Origin: a virus | Virus record (IMG/VR): IMGVR_UViG_3300045988_155223 | DNA: 37,274 bases | Direction: 5' to 3' (one strand) | Part shown: in pieces, positions 17,278 to 22,584 of the stretch | Layout of the letters: every line of letters starts with the position of its first letter | Position numbering within the stretch: position 1 is the stretch's first letter | Position numbers and translations under genes: made by a program | Notes under the pieces: generated by a model | Seen by the model: the letters and a program-made list of their open reading frames with translations, nothing else | Database searches by the model: none | Told to the model about the DNA's origin: nothing

Positions 17278-18427
17278 AGTCCAGGATATCCACATTCTTC
17301 AGGTCTTCTTCTGCCTTCTTCCTGTTTTTCCCTACATAAATTGATGTCATAGCGACTGAACTATGATCTGCTTGCTGCTGCACTGATGTCAGCGGAACTC
17401 CAGAACTGACCATGTTAGTAATGCCGGTGTCCTTCAGCGAATAGAACTGCAGCTCCATTGGGAACCCGCAACCTGGGCGCACGTATTCCTCCCAATAATT
17501 CGATATCTTTCTGGACCATATCGGTTTCGGCCCGGGAGAAAAGTCATATCCGCGTCTATGGGAAAACAAAAAGTAATCCGGGTTGGATAAGTCCAATTCT
17601 CTTACATACTTCATCATGGAGTCCGGAATCGTTCTGTAGGACTCATTGTCATTCTTGGCAATTTCTCCACGAATATGCACCAGTTGCTTTCCTAAGGAGA
17701 TGTCCTCGCATTTGAGCAGGGCAATCTCTTTAGGACGTATGAAACAACAGTAGCATAGCATTACCATCACCAGATACGGGATATTTTCTTTCTCTAGATA
17801 TCCTATCAGCTTGTCCATCTCCTCTTGCGTGAAAGTTCTTCTGGTCTTTGCCGTGAGGCGCTTCGGCTTTCTTCTGAGTTTGTTGAAAGGGTTCTCTGCT
17901 ATATATTGCCTCTCAGCCATCCAATTAAACAATGAACGATAGAACCGGAGGTAGTTATTATATGTGGTTGCAGACAACTTGCTTTCCATATCGTCCAGAA
18001 AGTCTATTGCATCCGTTTGCGTGAAAGAACTTGTATAGTAATTGTTGACATACCCTTTCTTTTTTAGCCATCCTTTGAACGTCTTGATGAACGAGTTATA
18101 ACTTCTCATTGAGTTGGCCTCGCTCTCTTTTGATTTGATGTCAATGAATTTGTCAAGCACGTCGCTCATAAGGGCGAAGCCTTTAGGCATAGCCTCCTCA
18201 ATAAACGGATTCCATCCGAGTTTGAGCTTGAGATCCAGGGATGCGATTACGGCGCGCGCTTCCTTCTTTCGCTCGCTCAGCGAATCACCTCGATTGAATT
18301 TTATTCTGACGCGCTTCATCTTGCCTGTGGCAGGATGTTTACAACTGAAAGAGATATACCAAATTTTTCCCTGCGTCAGTTTGGGTGGTATATAATCAAT
18401 GTGCGGGAGAGGCGACGAAAAGAACAT
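17276..18427 (-). CDS. int: Tyrosine site-specific integrase (Bacteroides arm-domain type)
   Basis: N-terminal arm-binding-type segment KIWYISFSCKHPATGKMKRVRIKF, a SAM-like core-binding domain, and a C-terminal catalytic region with HSSVAMTSIYV (His and Tyr nucleophile). The start is moved to ATG 18427, preceded by an A9 tract. The 60 extra codons up to 18607 cover direct repeats that look non-coding. Confidence 0.88.
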   Translation of the reverse strand: MFFSSPLPHIDYIPPKLTQGKIWYISFSCKHPATGKMKRVRIKFNRGDSLSERKKEARAVIASLDLKLKLGWNPFIEEAMPKGFALMSDVLDKFIDIKSKESEANSMRSYNSFIKTFKGWLKKKGYVNNYYTSSFTQTDAIDFLDDMESKLSATTYNNYLRFYRSLFNWMAERQYIAENPFNKLRRKPKRLTAKTRRTFTQEEMDKLIGYLEKENIPYLVMVMLCYCCFIRPKEIALLKCEDISLGKQLVHIRGEIAKNDNESYRTIPDSMMKYVRELDLSNPDYFLFSHRRGYDFSPGPKPIWSRKISNYWEEYVRPGCGFPMELQFYSLKDTGITNMVSSGVPLTSVQQQADHSSVAMTSIYVGKNRKKAEEDLKNVDILD

Positions 18428-18767
18428 TTTTTTTTCTTTGCACAACTCCACAAGGGCGTCATACAAGGAAAAAAATTGTCCCGTTTTTGTCCCGTTTGAG
18501 AGACTTGAACTCTGTAAAATATTGGCGATCAGTCCATTATGGACTTTTAGTGGAGATGGGCGGATTCCCCCATTTTGCTTAAAATTTTTTAAGTCTTTGT
18601 CTTCCATTTACTTAAAAATTTTATAAAATCGTTTTATGTGGGAATTCTGTCCCGTTTGCGTCCCGGCATAGTGGAGAATAAAGTGTTCTCCACTAATTAT
18701 TTAGCGCCTTTTTGGACAGAACTTTCACTCCAAATCTTCTAACATTTGTTAGATTTTTTAAGCAGAT
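18428..18767. promoter_or_regulatory. attP-like region with arm-type direct repeats, an inverted repeat and an operator
   Basis: TTGTCCCGTTT occurs twice in tandem (18476-18486, 18487-18497), and TGTCCCGTTT occurs at 18648-18657 with a degenerate GTCCCG at 18660-18665. TAGTGGAGA occurs at 18548-18556. A 10-bp inverted repeat TAGTGGAGAA-N7-TTCTCCACTA lies at 18669-18695. TAACATTTGTTA lies at 18740-18751. Confidence 0.5.
18740..18751. promoter_or_regulatory. Operator-type palindrome TAACATTTGTTA between the STAS-like gene and int
   Basis: Perfect 12-bp palindrome identical to 1481-1492 and in the same family as 20511-20522 and 20535-20546. Confidence 0.5.
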
Positions 18768-19121
18768 TTATATCGACATCGAGGAAAAAATTTGCTCCAA
18801 ATCAGATATGGTTTTGGGACGTGAATACGGCTTCAGTGTTATCTCTTTGGTTCCGCTTTTCTGCGTTCTGGAAACTGCGAGATACATTTGCCGGAGGTCA
18901 TCGGACATATTCGAGACGGAAACATTGATGCCACTTTCAGAAGATTTCTTCAGTTCATTGTAGAACTCGTCCATAAAACTTCTTGTAGTAAACTGCACGC
19001 CTGAAAAATCCAAGTCAACGTCGTTTTCTTTATAACTATACACGGCAGAGAATATGTCGTGAGCGGATATCCTGTTCAGAATATCACGGCCGATAAGTTC
19101 TTGTATCAGTATTGTTCTCAT
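18768..19121 (-). CDS. STAS-like (DUF4325-like) protein
   Basis: DVDLDFSGVQFTTRSFMDEFYNEL matches the DUF4325 hallmark (hydrophobic-x-LDF-x-GV-x5-SF-x-DE). ATG 19121 lies 1 nt after the upstream gene's stop codon. The ORF track lists a TTG start at 19130. Confidence 0.6.
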   Translation of the reverse strand: MRTILIQELIGRDILNRISAHDIFSAVYSYKENDVDLDFSGVQFTTRSFMDEFYNELKKSSESGINVSVSNMSDDLRQMYLAVSRTQKSGTKEITLKPYSRPKTISDLEQIFSSMSI

Positions 19122-19122
19122 A

Positions 19123-20013
19123 TTATTCAACGTATTTCAAATAACTAAATGTAGGCATATTGTTCGGAATCCTAAAGGATACTATGGTTCCTTTGAATTT
19201 GATTCCTAACGGAAGTTCTATGTATTGCGCCATTGCCTTATTCGCGGCGAAAGCAGCGTCTCCAGAAGCCAGAAGATATTCCCCGGATAGTCCTTTTGTA
19301 AGCATTTTGATAGTAGTCCTCAAACCGTATCCACGGTTTTCTGTTTCAGGAAGATTCTTGGCTGAGATTCCTGAAACGGCAGATTGGAGGGCCTCTATGT
19401 CGGAGCCGATTCCGGCAGTGCGAGGATTTTCCGAATAACTTCCCAAAAGAGTACCTCCGGTGTCTGCAATGCAGATGTCCGTGTATCCTTTTGTCGGATA
19501 GCTCTGAGCTGTTATATATCCATAGGGAGAGCGTGCGTGTTCAACAATGTTGTCGATGGTCTCTCCGATTATATACCTTAATCCGTTTTCTACATTGCCT
19601 CCAAAACAGCCTTGGGTGCTTAGTATAGACTGTATAGCAGAAAGGATGGCGTCTCTCTTGTCAGTTCCTGCAATGTCTGTTGGAAATTTTATGACAGGGA
19701 TGTACGAGTTGCCAGAGAACTTTGCCATAAGAATCTTGAATTCGGAATCTCTCATTATTGAGGCATTAATACCGCCATCAGTAAAATGCACAGTGCTCAA
19801 GTATGAGTTTGTCGCAGAGAATGTTGGTTTCGGCTCAATGCTCTCTAAAAATACCAGTGCCGGCAATAGGAATGACGGCATAACGAAGCTTATTCCAGAC
19901 AGTGAAATATCTTGGTCTTCTGACACGGAAATCTCGTGGCAGAATTTGACGGCGGATAAGAATCCTCTGGAAAGTTTGTCGTCACGAACATTTATAATTG
20001 GGCGTATGGTCAT
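19123..20013 (-). CDS. GHKL-superfamily ATPase, SpoIIAB/RsbW-like kinase fold with a ~130-aa N-terminal extension
   Basis: N-box-like ETIDNIVEHA, G1-like ICIADTGGTLLG and G2-like NRGYGLRTTIKM. The start codon lies 2 nt after the repressor's stop codon. Confidence 0.6.
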   Translation of the reverse strand: MTIRPIINVRDDKLSRGFLSAVKFCHEISVSEDQDISLSGISFVMPSFLLPALVFLESIEPKPTFSATNSYLSTVHFTDGGINASIMRDSEFKILMAKFSGNSYIPVIKFPTDIAGTDKRDAILSAIQSILSTQGCFGGNVENGLRYIIGETIDNIVEHARSPYGYITAQSYPTKGYTDICIADTGGTLLGSYSENPRTAGIGSDIEALQSAVSGISAKNLPETENRGYGLRTTIKMLTKGLSGEYLLASGDAAFAANKAMAQYIELPLGIKFKGTIVSFRIPNNMPTFSYLKYVE

Positions 20014-20015
20014 AA

Positions 20016-20450
20016 CTATTTTTGACTCAATATTGATAAAAGTTTATTGATCTGAGCGTCTTTTTCTTTGATCTGAGCGTCTTTTTCTTTGATCTGAGCG
20101 TCTTTTTCTTTGATGCGTTCATCCAGAATCTCTATCTGGGCCTTCAGGACGTCAGGGGAGTCGGAATAATATTGGCGGTTGTCGACATTATTATTCGTGT
20201 TGTTATCACCAGATATGACAACTCCGGAGCCATTAGTGATTGTAGAAGGCTTAATCATATCTCCCTTTCCAAGCACTAGCCACTCTAGTGATAAATCAGG
20301 ATAATTATCTATAATAGCTTCTAGTTTATCCGCGCCTAAACTCTTGCCGCTATCCAAAAAACCAATAGCAAAGCCAGTTTTTTGATAAAAACTATTTTTG
20401 CTAATCCCTTTACTATTAAGGTATTGCTTTATTTTTTCTTTTTCGTACAT
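20016..20450 (-). CDS. CI-like phage repressor (HTH) with a C-terminal heptad-repeat coiled coil
   Basis: N-terminal HTH ending in DLSLEWLVLGKGDM, the characteristic WLLTG.G.M tail of Phage_CI_repr-type HTH domains. The C-terminus has three IKEKDAQ heptads. It is divergent from a Cro-like gene across an operator-rich spacer. Confidence 0.7.
   Translation of the reverse strand: MYEKEKIKQYLNSKGISKNSFYQKTGFAIGFLDSGKSLGADKLEAIIDNYPDLSLEWLVLGKGDMIKPSTITNGSGVVISGDNNTNNNVDNRQYYSDSPDVLKAQIEILDERIKEKDAQIKEKDAQIKEKDAQINKLLSILSQK
20049..20111. repeat. Perfect 21-bp tandem repeat x3 inside the repressor gene
   Basis: GATCTGAGCGTCTTTTTCTTT at 20049-20069, 20070-20090 and 20091-20111. It is in frame and encodes (KDAQIKE)x3 on the - strand. 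Confidence 0.95.
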
Positions 20451-20466
20451 AAAAAATATTGATTTT

Positions 20467-20485
20467 TATCTTGGTAATCAAGATA
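20467..20485. promoter_or_regulatory. 19-bp palindrome TATCTTG-GTAAT-CAAGATA next to the repressor start
   Basis: Perfect 7-bp arms located 17 nt from the repressor ATG (20450). The same half-sites recur at 22046-22075. Confidence 0.45.
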
Positions 20486-20492
20486 ATTATCC

Positions 20493-20546
20493 TAACTTTG
20501 CATCGGGTTCTAACATATGTTAGAAGAAATGTTATAACAAATGTTA
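20493..20546 (+). promoter_or_regulatory. Rightward early promoter -7 box (TAACTTTG) followed by operators TAACATATGTTA and TAACAAATGTTA
   Basis: TAACTTTG at 20493-20500 matches TAnnTTTG. The palindromes lie at 20511-20522 and 20535-20546, with an extra half-site ATGTTA at 20529-20534. All sit between the divergent repressor and Cro-like genes. Confidence 0.55.
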
Positions 20547-20575
20547 GATAATCGCGGTAAATATAATGAAAAATT

Positions 20576-20764
20576 ATGAGACAGACGCAGAGGAAAGAGC
20601 GGGACAAGGTTATCAAGTCCGAGTACAGGGAAATGGTTAGGCGCGGTTCTCCGATTTGGGAGGCCAAGGAACAGCTGGCCGCGAAATACGGAATGTGTTC
20701 CCAGTCGATACATAGAATAGTCAATAGCAGAAGAGCCAAAAACAGGCAAGTCAAGAATAGTTAA
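20576..20764 (+). CDS. Cro-like small HTH protein
   Basis: 62 aa, basic, with an HTH-like segment KEQLAAKYGMCSQSIHRIV. It is the first gene of the rightward operon opposite the repressor. Confidence 0.45.
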   Translation: MRQTQRKERDKVIKSEYREMVRRGSPIWEAKEQLAAKYGMCSQSIHRIVNSRRAKNRQVKNS

Positions 20765-20783
20765 GTGTTATGTGTTAAGAGCC

Positions 20784-21035
20784 ATGACGATGCAAGTGAA
20801 CTTTATACTTCGGAACTCTACGATGATGGAGAAGCTGCTGGCCATTCCAGATTTGGTGGCCGGGAATTTATACCCGACGCTTCCTGTGTGTATGAATAGA
20901 ATCGATGTTGGCAGCAAGGTACAGCATAATAGCATTCTGAATGACGGCGCAGTACTTCATCTGTCGTACAGGGTGACGAAAGTGGAAAAGGGTTGCATCG
21001 CATGGCTTGATTTGGAAAATTTCAAAATCTCATAA
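20784..21035 (+). CDS. Hypothetical early protein
   Basis: ORF with ATG at 20784 (the track lists a GTG at 20772). No motif recognised. Confidence 0.45.
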   Translation: MTMQVNFILRNSTMMEKLLAIPDLVAGNLYPTLPVCMNRIDVGSKVQHNSILNDGAVLHLSYRVTKVEKGCIAWLDLENFKIS

Positions 21036-21062
21036 ATCGTCATCTGGAATCAATCCGAACCC

Positions 21063-21235
21063 GGGAGGGCAAGGGTAAGTAAGGATCCGCCGGAGTGAAC
21101 CTGGATAGGCGTCCGGCGGACAAGACGGAGGAAGGTGCGGATATGGAGTGCCGCACAGGGTTGTCTGATAAGCATTAAAGGTCTCGCGTCAGAGAAGCCC
21201 GGGGCCACAGGGAGGTTCGATTCCTCTCCCTCCGA
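21063..21235 (+). ncRNA. Candidate structured RNA 1 ending in a tRNA-like T-arm/acceptor module
   Basis: ORF-free GC-rich segment. It has a 9-bp hairpin TCCGCCGGA (21086-21094) / TCCGGCGGA (21112-21120) and a 6-bp hairpin GTGCGG (21135-21140) / CCGCAC (21151-21156). A T-arm GGAGG-TTCGATT-CCTCT lies at 21211-21227, followed by CCCTCC, which can pair with GGAGGG at 21064-21069. No class could be assigned. Confidence 0.3.
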
Positions 21236-21286
21236 CAATCGCAGCGATGCGCTGTAGTTTCTCATTATCTAATTAATTGTACTGGA

Positions 21287-21373
21287 AGGGTAGTTCCGCG
21301 GGTGGCGCGGTGCAAGCGGTCGGAATCAGAAACGGCGCAGCTGCAAGGGACGGTTCGAGTCCGCCCTACCCTG
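21287..21373 (+). ncRNA. Candidate tRNA-like RNA 2 (acceptor, D-arm and T-arm present, no canonical anticodon arm)
   Basis: The 7-bp acceptor AGGGTAG (21287-21293) pairs with CTACCCT (21366-21372). The D-arm is CCGC-GGGTGGC-GCGG, and the T-arm is GACGG-TTCGAGT-CCGCC with one A-C mismatch. The 37 nt in between do not form a 5-bp stem / 7-nt loop anticodon arm. Confidence 0.35.
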
Positions 21374-21393
21374 CGAATCAAAACACATGAATT

Positions 21394-21579
21394 ATGACAG
21401 TAAAAGATTTGAAAGACTATCTCCGTCATTATCACGAGGATGACGAACTCTATGTCGTTACAGATTGGTCGGCAAAGAGGGATGGCGTAATAACAGCGCT
21501 CAAGCCTCTTAAGGACGTAACATTTCAGTCGGTCCGCTCGGATTGCGACGAAGTTCATCAGGTTCTGCTTGGATTTTAA
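21394..21579 (+). CDS. Hypothetical small early protein
   Basis: 61-aa ORF with an ATG start, followed by a strong bidirectional terminator. Confidence 0.5.
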   Translation: MTVKDLKDYLRHYHEDDELYVVTDWSAKRDGVITALKPLKDVTFQSVRSDCDEVHQVLLGF

Positions 21580-21583
21580 TGCA

Positions 21584-21605
21584 AAAGCCCGGCGGACCGG
21601 GCTTT
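21584..21605. terminator. Bidirectional intrinsic terminator
   Basis: AAAGCCCGG-CGGA-CCGGGCTTT, a 9-bp stem flanked by A and T runs, between convergent genes (stops at 21579 and 21613). Confidence 0.8.
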
Positions 21606-21612
21606 TAAAGAG

Positions 21613-21816
21613 TTATTTCTGAAGTTTCGAATAGTAGAGGATGGCGTCGTTGATGTATTTGCATTTGTTGCTGCCAAGTGCTGAAAGGATCTCGTCAACT
21701 TCTGGCGTGGAGCGAAAGTTATAGGCCTTGCCATGAGGGATTGCTTTCCTGCCGGCACCGGAGCGGGCGCCTCCCCAGTTTTTAGAATCGGTCGAAGATG
21801 AATTTTTGTTTTCCAT
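21613..21816 (-). CDS. Ribbon-helix-helix (CopG/Arc-like) DNA-binding protein
   Basis: KAYNFRSTPEVDEILSALGSNKCKYINDAILYY fits a beta-strand / helix / helix RHH layout, preceded by a basic GGARSGAGRK tail. ATG 21816 is preferred over the longer ORF-track start at 21918. Confidence 0.5.
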   Translation of the reverse strand: MENKNSSSTDSKNWGGARSGAGRKAIPHGKAYNFRSTPEVDEILSALGSNKCKYINDAILYYSKLQK

Positions 21817-22110
21817 ATTGTTTTGTAAATTTGTGTCACCTACCAGAGGGGAGGCTGAATCTCTCAGCCTCCGTTGGTAAATTAGATTGCGATTTCTATC
21901 GTGAATCTGATTTTCCAAATCTTAAAAATGAATTTCGCGGTCATTTCTGTAAGACTTTGGTAGGTTTTTCTTACTCCCTTTCAAGCGTTTCAGATTTCTC
22001 TTTTGCGATTCTGTTTCTCAGAACCGCAATACAAATATACGCATTTATCTTGAATTAACAAAGAAAAATCAAGATTATTTTCGATTATTTCCCGTCAAAA
22101 TCAATAAAAT

Positions 22111-22383
22111 ATGAAACTTTATAATTATGCATCCTTGTACAGGGATATGAGATTGTTCCGCGCTGTTATGTTTCAGGATGATGCCTCCGCTAAGTTGGAG
22201 TGCTTCAATTTCACAATGAATGACGACGTCCCGGATAGAGAGGAAGACTGGTCTGCGTGGCAAAATGCCGTAATTGAGAATATTGACAGAATTGACGTGC
22301 TCGAACAGGGTGAAGATACGTCCATTACCATCAGGGAAGACGGAAGAAAGATGAGGATAGCTCTCATCAGACGCTTGAAATGA
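22111..22383 (+). CDS. Hypothetical early protein
   Basis: 90-aa acidic ORF, co-oriented with the replication gene. It is preferred over the overlapping - strand ORF 22075-22524. Confidence 0.55.
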   Translation: MKLYNYASLYRDMRLFRAVMFQDDASAKLECFNFTMNDDVPDREEDWSAWQNAVIENIDRIDVLEQGEDTSITIREDGRKMRIALIRRLK

Positions 22384-22389
22384 CACATT

Positions 22390-22584
22390 ATGTACACTGA
22401 CATTGATAAAACCGGGCGGGTGTCGGTTTTCGAACTGGACCCGGTCGAGGTTAAGATTCTTACGGAAAGCATCGGCCATTTCATCGATGCGGCCACCTCG
22501 GTAAGAGCCATCGAGGGAGGACAAGAAACCACCATCCGGAAGGCTGAAACAATGCTACGGAAAATTAGAAGTTGTCAACTATGA
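22390..22584 (+). CDS. Hypothetical early protein
   Basis: 64-aa ORF with an ATGA overlap on the primase-helicase start. Confidence 0.55.
   Translation: MYTDIDKTGRVSVFELDPVEVKILTESIGHFIDAATSVRAIEGGQETTIRKAETMLRKIRSCQL

Noticed and set aside
18428-18607. 60-codon N-terminal extension of the integrase ORF
   Set aside because: It runs across tandem 11-bp repeats and yields low-complexity sequence. The internal ATG at 18427 has an A-rich leader, and the arm-binding motif begins shortly after it. It is kept as a possibility only.
21165-21172. Hammerhead-ribozyme-like CUGAUAAG core in the ncRNA block
   Set aside because: The essential G of the CUGAUGA box is replaced by A, and no correctly placed GAAA / stem III partner was found.
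21287-21373. Calling this element (and the one ending at 21235) a bona fide tRNA gene
   Set aside because: The acceptor, D-arm and T-arm fit, but I could not fold a 5-bp stem / 7-nt loop anticodon arm from the 37 intervening nucleotides. For the first element no 5' acceptor strand lies at a tRNA-compatible distance. Both are reported as tRNA-like ncRNA candidates instead.
22075-22524. 149-aa - strand ORF overlapping two + strand early ORFs
   Set aside because: The + strand ORFs (22111-22383, 22390-22584) are co-oriented and translationally coupled to the replication gene, and their composition looks more protein-like. The - strand ORF would collide with the operon promoter region.
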